63,533 bases of DNA. It comes from Chiloscyllium plagiosum. Its lineage: Eukaryota. Below are positions 40,165 through 54,313 of the stretch, one piece after another. The notes under the pieces were generated by a model. The model was not told the origin of the DNA, did not search any database, and worked only from the letters and a program-made list of their open reading frames with translations. The DNA lies in assembly GCF_004010195.1 (NCBI RefSeq), contig NC_057756.1, forward strand, positions 1,949,703-2,013,235, given 5' to 3'. The first letter of the stretch is position 1, and the number at the start of each line of letters is the position of its first letter. The position numbers were made by a program, and so were the translations under genes.

Positions 40165-40375
40165 TTATTGTCGAGAATGTGGTGCTGGAAAAGCACAGCA
40201 GGTCAGGCAGCATTTGAGGCGCAGGAGAACCGACGTTTCGGTCATAAGACGTGCATCACTCATTCCTGATGAAGGGCGAATGCCTAAAACCTCGGGTGCA
40301 GCCTGATCAACTGTGCTTTTCCAGCACCACACTCTCAACTCTGATCTCTAGCATCTGCAATCCTCAAATTCTGCT
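40165..40375. mobile_element. Inverted pair of Penelope terminal-repeat fragments
   Basis: gtggtgctggaaaagcacag vs ctgtgcttttccagcaccac; CTGATGAAGGGC hammerhead relic. Confidence 0.75.
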
Positions 40376-40409
40376 AGTGTATTATGTTGTCCAATCTGAT
40401 CAAGTATGG

Positions 40410-41900
40410 AGTGATAGAGAGTCAGACACTCCGATAGCCCTTTGGCCCAAAGTGGTCTATGCTGACCAAACTGCCCATCCAAGCTAAATCCATTTCCCTG
40501 CACTTTGCCCATATCTTTCCAAATACTTCGTATTCATAATTTAGACCACATGGCTTTCAGACGTTTATAATGTGCCCACTTCAAACACTTCTACTGTTAG
40601 CTAATTCCATCTGTGTATCATCCTCTGTGTAAAACATTGTTTTTCCTTCTAACCTTAAACTGCTGCCCCCTCGTTATCAGTTCTCCAAACCTGAGATAAC
40701 GACGTAGAGCATTCACTCCATCCATACCTCTCTTATACACTACGATAAGATCTCCCCCTTTAGTCGCCTTAGCTTTAAAGAAAAACTCTGAGTTTGTCCA
40801 ACATCTTCCTCTAACTCTGAACCTTGAGTCCTGCCAATGTCCTTGTGAATTTATTCTGCACACTTTCCAATTTAATAACGCCCTTAAAGTCCACACAAGG
40901 TGACTCAACCAGATTACAATACTCCAACTGTGCCTCACCAATGTCCTGCAAAACTCCAACATAAATTTCCATTTTTTATATTCAATGCTCTGACTGATGA
41001 AGGTCAGTGTTCTAAAAGTTTACTTCAATACCCTATCTACTTTTGGCTCTGTTTTCAGAGAACCATGCACCTGAACACCAAGGTCCTCGTTTCCATTTTA
41101 CTCCTGAAAACCCTATCTTTCACCATGAAACGGCTACCTTAATTAGACTTTGCAAGTGCAATTCCTTACCCTTATCTATATTAAACTACGTCTGTCATTT
41201 ATCGACACACTTCCCCAGAGAATCAAGGCCCTACTGCAATTTCTAATAAAATTCCTCACTGTCAACAATACCACCTATTTAATTTCATCTGCAACTTACT
41301 AAACATGCGTTACATTCTTATCCAAAATATTGATGTAGTTTTACAGTAGTAATGAGTGCTGCAGCAACCCCTGAGTCACAGATTAGTCACAGGCCTTCAG
41401 TCTGACAATCATTCTTCCACTATTATCCAATGCTTCGTACCATCAAAAAAATGTGTATTCAGTTTGCCAGGATTCCATGCAATCCAACCTTCGAGAGAAG
41501 ACTATCACGTGTATGTCGTGAACGCCATTCTTGATGAGTAATTGAAAGGCCTTATTTAAATGCATATAAGTTATGTCTACCGTTCTGCACTCGCCAACCT
41601 TCTTGGTCACTTTATCAATCAATTCGAATAAATTTATGAAGCATGATTTTCCATGCACAAACCAATGTTAACTTTTCGTGATCAACTCTGTCTTTCTGAA
41701 TGCGTGCAGATCTTATCCATCAGAATATTTCCAAGTAACTTACCTACAACATATGTTTTGCTTACTGATGTACAGTCACCATGTTTTAATTTGCAGCTCT
41801 TCTTGAATTAGGACAGTACATTCGCTAGCGTCTGTTCTTCCCAACATTACTTATGCTTAACGAAGATGGGAAATTTTCAGCCAGGACCCTGCAAGTGTGG
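40410..41900 (-). mobile_element. Degenerate CR1 LINE (RT to 3' end)
   Basis: HGKSCFINLFELIDKVTKKVGECRTVDITYMHLNKAF; GGDLIVVYK. Confidence 0.85.
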
Positions 41901-42329
41901 CTCACTTTTCCTGTGCAATGCAAGAGTCGTTTCAATTTAAGAACATCGTGACTTGTTTTATTGTTCGGAATTATAGATGTCATTTCACTTTAAATCCCAT
42001 GATCACAGCCATCACCGCTCATTTTAAATTCCATAACCACACCTATTACAACTTTATTGCAGAAATTCACTCTTGCGTCGCCATCAGCCAAATTTCTCAG
42101 CTCAGTAATACAAAACCTTAATACTTTCCTTCTGAACGATACTTCAGGCCATGCATGCATTATCTTTCAACATTTCTCTTCTGACTGGTTAGTGCACACC
42201 TTTCCATTCATCTGTCCTTAATATCGGAAATCGACTATCATTTGAGTTGTAATCTTCGTGTGTAACATGCAACCTATGGGCTCTCAAAACTTCTGCTTTT
42301 ACTCGAAGTTGATAGAAGTTATCCCCAAT

Positions 42330-42570
42330 AAGTATTCATAAAGCACGGAAACAGACCCTTCGGTCCAACTCACCTGTGCTGATCAGACATTAAAATTTCA
42401 TGTGGTCAAGTTGCCAGCAATTCATCCCTATCCCTTTAAAAGTTCCTATTGAAATGCCCTCTCGAATATAACTTAATTTGTTTAATTGTACCCGGTTTCA
42501 ACACATACTCTGGCAGATATTTCCATTCGCAAATTGTTCTCTGCATGAGAAAGGTGAACTTCAGATCCTT
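42330..42570 (-). mobile_element. CR1 3' tail fragment
   Basis: ggaaacagacccttcggtccaactc motif, as in other CR1 tails in the window. Confidence 0.65.
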
Positions 42571-43712
42571 GAAAGACATCTAGAATGGCGTTCTTAACAT
42601 ATAAATTTCAATTCATGAATAACAATTATGGTTACATACATGCATATGTCGCCATCGACGTCTACGTACTCAGATAAATGCACAGCATACGTAAAGTTTG
42701 GTCGATGGTCAGTTAAAATAATATTATGTTCAATGTATATACATTTATTTTACAGTTGGGCAGACCCAGAAGACACTTCTTCTCCCTTGCATTCTTAAAA
42801 CTGTTTCAGGTTTTGATTTATCTATCGTGTTGCACTGACATATATATCCCGCAGCACGTCTTCAATTCTTTGGGAATTCTCAGCATTCCTTTCGCTTCAC
42901 AGTCACATCAAATACTGTTCACATCTTAAGTCCAGCACTTCATTAATAAAATACAAGTAGAGACGTTTTATTCATGGGTGTTTTGTAGAGGTAGGTGAGT
43001 GGTGCTGACTCAGCTATACAGGGTAAGATTGGCCATCAGCAATTCTCTATGGCTTTTCTTTATTCATATATTTCAGCATTTGGTATATTCAATAATTCAT
43101 TTCTAAGTAATGTTTCCAGGAACAGTTTATTATAAAGTCATTAACTTGCAACATATAATTTACATGCTGCAATTATTCAGATATTTATATCTGCATTAAT
43201 GTAACCAGTTTCAATGGTTTGTAGATTGAAACAAATAGATGCAGTGAATAAAAAAAGAAATCGTTTGTGCTCTTCTGTTAGGTAACCCTTTTCTCTGTTT
43301 AATCTATACTAAGTTTCTAAACAAAAGTCACATCTCTTCATTCCCGACTTTCTAACCAGTAAATGTTCATTCAGGTAGAGTATTGTTTTTGGACTGCATG
43401 TACAATCTCCCTTTGGTGCGCCATGTTACTTCTCGAGCCTGTACATTCTAATTTTTTAAAAGAATGAATGATGCAGTAGTGCAACGTATGTCGCAATGGT
43501 AATTTATTGAGTTGTAGAGAGTGAACGCACTTGCTACAATAAAAAAACCCAAAACTGCTTGATCTCATCCCAAACTTAGATAACACTATTTGAAGCAGGG
43601 TTTAAGAATAGAGAGAGAAGTAATGTTTGTCTACCTTTCGGTTTCTACGTTTCAACCTCTCTCTCACTGTATGCCCAACATTCTGTCCCTCTCTTTCGCA
43701 CTAAATCGATCG

Positions 43713-43713
<1 letters not shown>

Positions 43714-43804
<91 letters not shown>

Positions 43805-43890
43805 NNNNNNNNNNNNNNNNNNNNNNNNNNNNNNNNNNNNNNNNNNNNNNNNNNNNNNNNNNNNNNNNNNNNNTCTATCTATCTATCTAT
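43714..43890. repeat. (TCTA)n / GATA microsatellite containing an assembly gap (N 43805-43873)
   Basis: Directly visible. Confidence 0.98.
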
Positions 43891-45445
43891 CTGTCTCTCT
43901 CCATCATTTTCTATCTCACAATCGAAACATACACCAATAACTTTTTTCTTTATTTTTTTAAAATGCAATTCTATTCAACTTAGGATCTCCGTATTTGGAT
44001 TCTTCTCTCTTGATCATATGATTATGACTAAAAACAGTTCTTCGAAATGGCCTACCACATTTGGCAGATATATCGTTAGCAGACTTCCCATTTCTATGCT
44101 AAACATCATCCATTTCTGATATGATCGATTGCTTTGAACGAACCATTGGACATAAATAATTTTGAAGCAAGTAGTCTTTCTTTGTGATAGATTGCTCTCT
44201 GCAGAACACAACGCCATTACTGAACGTCATCACCAGGAAATTGCAAGCATGTTTTGGGCATTATTTCACTATTATTATGCAAACATTTTATCTTTGAGTC
44301 CAAATGAAATAACAATATTTGTAGTGGAAGGGAGTGAACAAAAGATTAATCACGAGTACCACTGATGCAAACAGAGCAGTTCGGGATGCAGCTTAATGAT
44401 TTGGAAGAGTGAGTCGAGGTTATATTTCACATCCATTAAGCTCACTTATCATTTTGCAGTACGAGTGACAGAGAGCATGCAAAGAGTTTTTTCAAGAATT
44501 TCAAATGGTGCTGATGTAATGCCAAATACTTGGCTGGGGGATTATTGTATGGACAATGTGAAGTTTCCCACGTTTTCAGAAGACAAGACAAACGCGCAGT
44601 ATTGTACCAATTTTTGCAGATCTGCCAAGTGTCACACATAAAAAATACTTTGGTTGTTTTACAAGATCAACGATCACAACACTGCAGGTGGAGTAAGCAG
44701 TTAGAAAGGGAAATTCTGTTGCAAGATATTTTCGAGTGAGAAAAACAGTTTTCTTTGTTCTAGTGTACAAAATTTAGGCATGACACGAGATGATGGATGC
44801 TGAGGCATTTCGTGCTGATTTCGACCATCAACCAGGAGCAGGCTGCAAGAGCGATCGTGCCCAATAGAAGTAATGACAAATGGCTGAATGCGTTCAAATG
44901 TTGTATTTTTGTTATAAAGCGTGAAAACGTAGCTTCTCTATTTTGACAGGCGCTGCATCCACTGTAAGTCAATAGGATGCTCGTTGTTTTCAGATTTCGA
45001 TTTGACTATTTGCATTAAAATTGCTGCTGTCTGTCTGATTAATATCCTGGGTTGAATTGAGTGAAACGTTAGTGGAATGGAAAACCTTTCGATGTTTTGC
45101 TGAGTCAAATTCTCTTTAGCAACATGTTTACAAATTGATAATATTATTAATAATGATGACGTTGATAATTGATACATCGGACCACAGGACCCTCTAAATA
45201 CGTTAAGAATATTTCATGGTACCCTAATAGTTTCTGATTTTAAGGTTACCAGTGAAATGTTGCATTCCTAGTGCAATTTGTTTGGTCAAATTATTCGACC
45301 ATAAGCAAAACACACTGCAGTCAAAGTCCAGACAAATTAAAACTAAAATAAAAGTATGAGCTTAATTTTAACTCAATCGATTTGTTTACAACTTCTATGC
45401 AGGAACACATTCAAATTAGCTGTTCCAATATAGTAACATACTTTA

Positions 45446-45499
45446 TTCACACCCTTGGCAAAGACGCATTCAGTTATGCAGATTGTCTCATGTGTAATT
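45446..45499 (-). pseudogene. Decayed 54-nt exon relic, ELH MRQ SA* LNA SLP RV*
   Basis: Acceptor cacttcctgctgctag intact; two stops; donor shifted or lost. Confidence 0.3.
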
Positions 45500-45879
45500 C
45501 TAGCAGCAGGAAGTGAAACCCAGCTTTTGTTTGCAAGAGAGAGGAATGGGAACTTCAACATGCAGTATCAAGATCTCTGTAACTTCAGAAACCTCAAAAG
45601 TAAGTCGTGGTTTTGTGGACCTTGACAACATTCATCCATAATGCTTCTATGTATCATGTTTCGTTAAAAGTGCTCACAAGCTGTTTGTGTAATTGGCTTT
45701 GAGTAAACAGTTCTTTACCTCCGTCTCAAACATTTTGTCAGTTAAAAAAAAAGAAAGTACAATTCGTGAAGGCAGTGTCTGCAACGTCCAATCCCCACAA
45801 GCAAAACTGAATATCAATAAACAATGATGATATTTTTTAAAAAAACATCTTCAAACTTAATCAATTAGCATACACATGG

Positions 45880-47150
45880 AGAACATAGAACATAGCGCAG
45901 TGCAACACGGAACAGGCAATTCGGCCCTCGATGTTGTACCATCCTTTTATCCTATCTTCGATTAAGTAAACCTGCATATCATCCATGTGACTCACCAAGA
46001 GTTAGTTAAATGACACTAACGTGTTTGAGGCTACTACAATTGCTGGCAGTGAATTCCTCGCAAGGACCACTCAATGTGTAAAGTACCTACATCTGGCATC
46101 TACCCTAAACTCTTCTCCAATCAGCTTAAATTTATGTCACCACATTGATAGCTATTTTAGCCCCGTTAGAAGATCTCTGGCTATCCACTCTATGTATGGC
46201 TTTCATTATCTTGCACGTCTCAATTATATCACGTCCCAACATCTTCACTTTATTTGGAACAGTCCTTACTCCCTCAAACTTTCTTCTTAAGACATGCAGT
46301 CTACTCCAGGCAGCATCCTGGTAAATCTCTGCTATACTCTCTCAAAACTTTCCACATTCTTCCGACAATGAGGTGACCAAAATTGAAAACAATATTCCAA
46401 GTGTCATCCAGCAGGCCTCTGTCGAACTGCAGCACAACCGCGCGGCTCTTAAACTCAACTCCTCTACTCATGACATCTAACACGCTATACGCCTTCTTAA
46501 CAATCTTATGAACTTGGTTGGCAACCTACAGGGATCTATGGACATGGAACCCAAGATCCTACTGCTACTCCACACGGCCAAGAATCATGACATGATCCCT
46601 GTAATTTGCAGTGGAATTCGAACACTCAAAATGAATCGCTTCACACTTTTCCAGAAGGCATTCCATCTGCTACTTCCCAGCATAGCTGCGCATCCTGTTA
46701 TTGTCTCCTTGAAACCTACAACAGCTCTCAACAATATCCACAACTCCAAGAATCTACGTTTGATCAGCAAACGTGCTAGCAACATTTCCTATTGCTCATT
46801 TAAGTAATTTATAAACATCACAAAGAGCAGAGGTCCCAGAACAGATTCCTGCGGAACTCCTCAGATCTCCGAGCTCCAGGCTGAATATATTTAATTTCAT
46901 TTGACACTATGTCTTCCATGGGTCAACAAACTCTGTACCCAGACAGCCACGTTTCCCAGTTTCCTGCAACCTCACATTCTGAATGAGCCTATGTTGTGGT
47001 ATGTTATCAACAACCTTGCTAAAATCCATAGTAATCGCATTCACTACTTGACCTTCAACAATGCGTTTTGTTACATCCACAAAGAGTTCAAGATGTGTTG
47101 TGAGGCACCACTGCCCCTCACAAACTCATGCTTTCGGTCACTAATCAAGC
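45880..47150 (-). mobile_element. Degenerate CR1 LINE
   Basis: SRGVEFKSRAVVLQF; similar to 32245-33060 and 58880-59700. Confidence 0.85.
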
Positions 47151-47449
47151 TACTCATTTACACTTACAGCTAACATGCAAACATTCAATTCTAGAATCCA
47201 TGCAAGTCATTTTTTTTCCTTCCAATGAACATCACTATTCGGTGATGTTCTATTTGTCTTCATCAAATTCTGGGCAATATGATGGCAATTGCAAGTTTGT
47301 AATTCTGCTACGTGTATAATTTTCAATTTGAATTGCTACAATTATAAGCTGAATGCAAAAGCTTCGGATTTTTTAATCATTATTTTGGCCAAAATATTTA
47401 AGAAGTTATCTTCAGTATATAGTATTGTCTCAGATACATTATGTAAGTT

Positions 47450-47665
47450 TCCTCCTCGTTCTCTGGCTTCCTTTCATAATCCAAAGAGGTTATGTGTATT
47501 GGCTATGCAAAATTGCCCATAGATTTCAGCAGTGTGTAGATTTGATGCATTAGTAAGTAGAAATGTAAGGGAATGGGTCTAATTGAGTTAATGTTCGGAA
47601 TGTCATTGTGGCATTTCTGGGCCAAATTGCCTGTTTCCCTACTTAGGGATTCTAGTTTTCTATGA
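47450..47665 (+). mobile_element. Old HE1 SINE 3' half
   Basis: Similar to the HE1 core and tail. Confidence 0.6.
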
Positions 47666-48471
47666 GTTCTGGTATTTTAAATGTTGGTGTACGGCAATTC
47701 TTACATATGCAATACATCTGTTGGTAGTTCTTCAAATTTCTGGAAAACTGATCAATAAGATTTTACATCCTCTTGTTGTCTTCCTGCATGAGTAAAGCAC
47801 AGACATCTTCATAATTCACAATAGTAGCCATCTTGAATGGCATTATGTTCGTAGGTGTGGATCACAGTGAACCAGTGGGTAACACAGCTTTCAGGCTGTC
47901 TAATACCTTCTACCAATTTTCCTTACATTGAAATGATCTGCAGTTTTTCAAGAAATCAGTCGGTGAAGCAACCAAAATTCGAAATGTTTTTACAAACACT
48001 GTACATTTTTGTGATCTTCCACATTGTCCAAAATAATTGGAGAAATGCTCAGATTTGTCTGAACCTGGGTCTGCGCACTATGTTTTTTTATCAATAACAC
48101 ATTCCCCTTTAGTATTTCAGTCTGATTTTGTGTTAAAAAATCAATGATATTCACAAGACATACACTGAGATTACTTTCAATGTGGTGTTCATATCAAATA
48201 ATTTTTTTTCGATTGGTTAAACCATCTAAATCTTGGTTTTAGATGGTGAACTCCCACTGGTAATAATACTAACTCTTTTTTCTCAATAATGAAAGTTACT
48301 ATTTTGGATAACTTAACTTCTTCCTCTTTCATCACATCTTGCACGACTTTCAAATGTTGTCACTCAGCCCAATATGTAATATTTCACTAAAATTTGATAT
48401 ATAATCCAATATGTCGTCTTTGAACCCTGACTCGTCAATATCTCTTCAATGTTTTTCTTTGGTCATCTTAC

Positions 48472-48497
48472 CTTATGCCCATTAACTAAATCAAAAA
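48472..48497 (-). pseudogene. 26-nt frameshifted exon relic, VFD LVN GHK
   Basis: ttattttcag|TTTTTGATTTAGTTAATGGGCATAAG|gtaaga; 1 nt short of 27. Confidence 0.45.
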
Positions 48498-49195
48498 CTG
48501 AAAATAATTGCTAATTTGCATGCATACTTAATTACAAAAAGAAAACACAAATGGAATTCTTTCCTCTCTCCTTCCTATCTCCCAATCTTTTGGATAGTCT
48601 TGACTATCAGTCATCGACTTGGATTTTAAATTTGATTTCACCAATTTAATGCTCCGTGTGGTTCTGAATGGAAAACTGTCGATTCGAACTGATTTATTTG
48701 CTGTAAAATTTGACATCTACTCCAATTGTGTACCTGTCGGTAGTCAGTGTACAGTTAAATTTACAAAAAAAAAGCAACTCTTCTCCAATCTTTTTGGATC
48801 CCATACTGTGTGATTGGTTTAACTCTAGAAAGCTAGCAGATGCAGACCATTGCAGTCAACTAATACTGATTTGCAGTAAAAGTTTGAAGTAGTACCCTAC
48901 AAAGTCAATTGGATTTCTTGTAAAATACTCCTCAAATGCAGAAACGGGTATTCATGGTGTTGGTTATATAGCTACGTAAGGTTTTGCAATTATTTAACAC
49001 ATATCACATGTCTGGCAAAAGTCACTCACAATTTGTGCAGTCCAGGTCAATTAAAATGTTTCGGTATTTTTCTGTGACTTTTCCTTATACAAAAACGAAT
49101 ATCTAATGGTATTCTGCGGGTTGTCCACAACGCCACCTATTTAAAATCGAAAGGTAATACAACTTTTTGAACGTCTGCCCATTTTTTCCTTTCAC

Positions 49196-49220
49196 CTGAA
49201 TAAAAGATGATCTTCAAGTC
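49196..49220 (-). pseudogene. 25-nt frameshifted exon relic (GLE DHL..), similar to exon 20191-20217
   Basis: ttcttgcttag|GACTTGAAGATCATCTTTTATTCAG|gtgaaa; 2 nt short of 27. Confidence 0.45.
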
Positions 49221-49679
49221 CTAAGCAAGAACTCAGTCTTAAGAAAGCAGATATCCAGAGTATACTCAGATTCTTATTTTCTGAATGGTTTTTCATCGTA
49301 CTGTGTTTTTTTTTTGTTTGATTCAGACACACAGAAAAACAGAAATACAGAGATAGGGTCAGTCGACCAGAGATATTCACTGCGATTTCTCTCCACAGAT
49401 GCTCCCAGACCAGCTGAGACTTTCCAGTAATTTCTGCTTTTGTTTCTAAATTATAATATCCACAACTCTTTTACGTTTTATTTGCTTTACTTTTTCAACT
49501 TTACAATATGATATAACTGGTTTCTACAAACTAAAAATATCCAGTTGTTCCTCTATTTTTCTTTTCTCGCAAACATTTGAACACACATATTTTCTTATAA
49601 TTCACTCATGGCTTTGTGACCATACAAAAGCAGAGTGAGGAATTTTCCAAACGTGTACTTGCTGAAATACTGCAGTTAC

Positions 49680-49706
49680 CTGCTTTTCCATTGGATTTTT
49701 CAACAG
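49680..49706 (-). pseudogene. Decayed 27-nt exon relic, xLK KSN GKA
   Basis: Donor G|gtaact intact; acceptor position reads tac instead of tag. Confidence 0.4.
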
Positions 49707-50092
49707 TAGTAAGCATCAATCTCACATTTGATACAGGGCTATAATATTATCAAGGATTATCTGTGTTTCTGGAATCGAGAATTTTTCTATTACCCCTGCT
49801 TCAGCAGCAACACTTTTTATCAGAGTCGGTATTCTCACTTCATATGATGGACTCCTTTTGAACAACATACCACCCCATTCCTCCACGACGAATAATGACC
49901 TGGTCCAATACATGATGAAATCTTAATTTGTTTACATACTTTTACATGCATTCACGAGTAAATATAATCCTGCAAGTAAATTCTTTAGAAATATATTTCT
50001 TCTCAACCAAACCTTGATCTGGTTTTACAGTGTTCTGTCGCTATTTCAGTACTTCAGTAAAATTCATTGACTTATCACATTTTCCCCCATAC

Positions 50093-50110
50093 TTCCTACC
50101 ACTTCTTCTT
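50093..50110 (-). CDS. 18-nt phase-1 micro-exon, (E)EEVVG
   Basis: gcttttatttcag|AAGAAGAAGTGGTAGGAA|gtatgg. Confidence 0.45.
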
Positions 50111-51262
50111 CTGAAATAAAAGCACTGTGACTTCATGTCACCTGCTTTATTAGCGTAAAAAATATCTGAGCTGTTTTATTTCTTTTTGCTGTTCATGGCT
50201 TTCATTGTTACTCTCTGCGTAAACAATGTTTCCTGTCTTCAATGAGATATTTTCCCCTTTCCTGCCTGAATATCTTTCTTTGCCCAATTTCTATCTCACA
50301 GACTGAAATCGATTTCGGAAGACAAACCTAATTTATTAGTGAACCCATAATCTATCGCAACATCTGATGTCAATTTTATATTTTGAAATCACTGCTCTTC
50401 CAAATGAGGTCACATGCATTCACGAAGTGAATTTTTTAACTTCTCCAAAGCAATTGTCTCACTTACAGCTTTATAGCTTTGAACCATTTTCAATGCCCTT
50501 ATCCACCTATTAAAATAACAATGTTACAACCCAAAAAATAAATGTACATAGATCTTGTTGGAGAGTCTTCAGTGTCAAAACATACACGTTGCTCTCTTCC
50601 CACATTTGTTGCTAGACCTGCTAGCTTGCAGTCGCACTTTCTTGTTTCCATTTCACGTTCCCATCAATCACACTTCCCTTTTTATACTCAAATGTTAGTG
50701 CATGTACCATCAATCACGTTTCAATTTGCCGGTATATTTTCTGGATCATCTTATATTTCACTTCATAATATGAATGCTATACGGAACTAATGTATTTTGA
50801 ATGTGTGACTTCATTTTAGTGGGCCATTTAATTGAATTACAAGCCCACGTCAAAGTAATTAAGCAACCTTTAAGGGGAGCTATTATGATGGTAATTATCC
50901 ATGCATATTAAGCTGAAATATGACTCCGAAAGAAACGATGTTTCATCAATATTATTGCAATTCTAATTCTTGTGGGCCGTAAAGTTAACATCAGTATTCA
51001 AAATCAACCTTAAAAAAGATGCAAAATAAAAGATAATATGTAAAATTACACAGTGCAAGGCCATGCAGGTAGGTGCAAAATTAAAGATTATAAACTTGAT
51101 CTAATCCAAAGGGAAATCTTTACCGTGACGTTTTTGCACATTTTGTAATTTTGATACTGTAAGCAACTCGATATTGTATATCAAGTAAGGAAAATAGAAC
51201 CAGAAAAAAAAACAGTTTGATGAATAGGCAATATGATAAGTAGTTTTCAAAGAACCATTTAC

Positions 51263-51289
51263 CTAACTCTTTTTCAAGGATTGATTTGC
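51263..51289 (-). CDS. 27-nt phase-1 micro-exon, (G)KSILEKEL
   Basis: ctttgtacttttatctag|GCAAATCAATCCTTGAAAAAGAGTTAG|gtaaat; paralogous to exon 18093-18119. Confidence 0.7.
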   Translation of the reverse strand, partial: ANQSLKKS

Positions 51290-52384
51290 CTAGATAAAAG
51301 TACAAAGTCACAAACGTTATTGAAACATCTCTTTTATATTTTCATCTTGGCACATTATGTCACGTATAAATGTGTAGGTTTCAATAATTTGAACAGTTTA
51401 ATCAAAATCATTAATCCAATATTAAATAATCACAACGTTCTATAAACAGGACAAGTCATTCTTCGCTTGTGATTCTTTACTTCACAGCCTTCAGCCATAG
51501 TTACAAAGTAACACATTGTCAGCTACTATGCTTGCACCCACAGTGGAACTCTTCCATATGATACTTGTACATCCACGAGAATTACATAATTATGCTGCTC
51601 ATAGAAATTCGTACTTCAAACATATTTGGTTCTATAACAAACCTTGAAAATTGCATGAACCGAATCACACTTATGAAGACAGCATTCAAAGTGATTCTAC
51701 AAAGTAGTATCCCAATTCTGCTAACCATGATGAATCTTTTTTTATAATTACTGAAGTCTCGAGATCTGTATTTATTCCCATCTTCTTTTCTGTTTTGTCT
51801 TTCATTATGCAAGGATATCCATGGATATGTAACAAGTATTTGAACTTCCTGTTGCTTTGCCTCAGTGCCACCGCAGTGTAAAATGCTGAAATTCATTACG
51901 TCGTTGCAGTGTTGGCTGAAAATGCTAATCATAAGTGTGTCAACTTCCACAAAAAGAGGTTATCACAAATTTTGTCCTCAGAATTTTTTAAGCATTTAAT
52001 TCTATTCGTATTCTACTTTTGTTTTAAACTTTTTGAGCCCGTGAAAAAACAAAATGTCTGTTCATATTGGTACGATTTCGAGTCGTAAATAAAGTGTGCA
52101 AAATCAGGGGAAGCTGCAAATGTCTATTATTAATGTCAAGCACAACATGCTGTTCACTTTTGCAACTATTCTGGACAACGCCTTTGTGATACTTGACAGA
52201 ATGAATTTCCTCAAACTGTTGAATGAATCTTAATCATTGATCATTAAAGTTGCATATCAATGCTCCAGATTGAAACTTTTTTTAAAAAATAAAAGCTTAG
52301 CAGTGTCAACTTAGTAATCGCCTAAATTCGGACGACTGCGCTGTGAATTCCCCTGTGCACCAAAATGGCATTTGTAGTCTCCAT

Positions 52385-52411
52385 TCGGTTTTGCTACCAA
52401 TTCGGCTGCTA
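52385..52411 (-). pseudogene. Decayed 27-nt exon relic, VAA ELV AKP
   Basis: Acceptor acattttcag intact; donor lost (atggag); all three triplet-start codons one step from GGN. Confidence 0.35.
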
Positions 52412-53851
52412 CTGAAAATGTATAATCCTCCTTTTACTCAATAGTCATTGCTGGCGTACTCCAAAGTAAAAAAAAAAATTTCGATTAGCTCCACTTCCTT
52501 GTCAAAATTTCAAAACTGGAAGAAATAAGATTTCTCTCGTAAGCATTTTATTTTAAAGGTAGACTTGTTGTTGTCTGTCCCGTCATTAAATATGTTCTAA
52601 ACATTACCTAGCAATTCACTCACCCTAACCAACGTTGCATGGAAACTTGACATCAGGACTGCTGCCTATATATTTATGCCTTTCCTAAATTTGCCTAATG
52701 CTAGTACTCAGGCATTGGTCCATCTGTCTTTATCCAGAAACAACTGCTTATATCACCCAACAATATGCTTTTTACGAAATATTTACTTAGAATGGCAAAA
52801 CTTTAATTGTATATCATGCGAGGCTTGATCCACTCTCATTTTTTCGGGTGAAACAATCATAATCTATTAATGAGCGAGTTTGCTCATAGTGGATCACAAG
52901 GAAACCAAGGGAAATAATTTCTTAAGTTGTGGGCAGTGAGCGAGTGAACTTTAGTAATCAGGAATTAAATATACACAAATAAATCAGTAACAAAATATTT
53001 GGAGACTGGAGATACGTCATAGATTGGACAGTATTGCACATTCAATGAAGGAAAATACAGTGTAACAAGAATAGAAATAAACACATTCTAGTGCTCTAGA
53101 TGACGAAATGCATGCAGAGTAAATGCAAATATAAGTAAAAGGATGGATTGCATTGTATTGAATACATGTTGTAACTTGGCAGTATATTTATTTGGAGGAA
53201 GTTTTATTTTAGTGGAATACACTATTTAATTGTTTTTCTACAAGTCACCAAAGTCAATTGGCAATTTGTCTGTTAACGTAAGTGAGAAAGTAAAATGGAT
53301 TGCCATAGTGAAATGAGTGAAAATAAAACAGTGCAAAACTTTGGCCTATTTTCAAATAATTAGGTGAATTGATTCAGAGCTAAGGAAACTTGCATGTGGC
53401 AACTTGATAGGAAGTGCGATGCAATGGAAGTGAACGATTTTTTTTTGACGATTGACAATAAAATAAAATAATAGAAGCAAAAACGAGTCAAAAAGAAAAT
53501 CACGTGGTAAGTTTTTCAGTTTTGGAAGGCGTCATTTCTGTGTCAACCCTGTAATTGTAAACTCAAAACTGATTTGCTGTATGGCCTTTTTGTAGGAAGA
53601 ATTCTGTTTGCTTTTCGTTGGTAATGTCAGAGATTTATGGTAAAAGGCTCAGTCGGTGAACTTTAGAGAGACAATTGGCTGAATGACTGCATTCTGTGCT
53701 GTAACAATTCTGTGGTTTTGAGTGATTCGAAGAAATTTAAATTTTACAAAGATAAAGACTCTAATTAAACTCAGGCAAATTTCGAAGTTTCAAAATAGGA
53801 CAAAATAAAATGAGAGTGATTCGGCTGCTTCAGGATAATACATAATTTTAC

Positions 53852-53878
53852 TTTTACTCGTGAGACATTACTGCCATT
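53852..53878 (-). pseudogene. Decayed 27-nt exon relic with in-frame TAA
   Basis: Long pyrimidine tract ending ttggag|AATGGCAGTAATGTCTCACGAGTAAAA|gtaaaa. Confidence 0.3.
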
Positions 53879-54313
53879 CTCCAAATTAAAAAAAAAGAAA
53901 ACGCAGCTGCTGCTGATCCCTCCCTTGCTTATCAGAATTTCAAACGTAGAAGAAGCCAGGTTCCTATAGTAGGCCATTGTTTTTTTAAGAAAGACTTGTT
54001 TACGCCGTGGCAGTACATTTTAGAATTTTGAGGCAATCAAAGTTGAATTAGCAACAAAGTTAACAAAACATTGCAAGCATTTTGTACGAAGAAATTCAGC
54101 AGACGTTTTTTTTTCAATAAGAGCCAAGTAATGATAAGCCTGCCAATTGTACTATGATGATTACAATAAAGGAGACAGAATTACTTTCAGATGTTATAAT
54201 GAAACAAATAGCAATCACTGAACCATATTAATTAAATTTAAAAAAAATGAAAATGCTACACACTGAGTAATATTTGTTCATATTACTTAAATACACTGGG
54301 TGAGAGAGTAAGT

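Noticed and set aside
51124..51156. 33-nt open phase-1 segment (VSKLQNVQKRH); similarly a 24-nt segment at 6745-6768
   Set aside because: Not multiples of 9 and the acceptors are weak; cannot be told from chance without transcripts.
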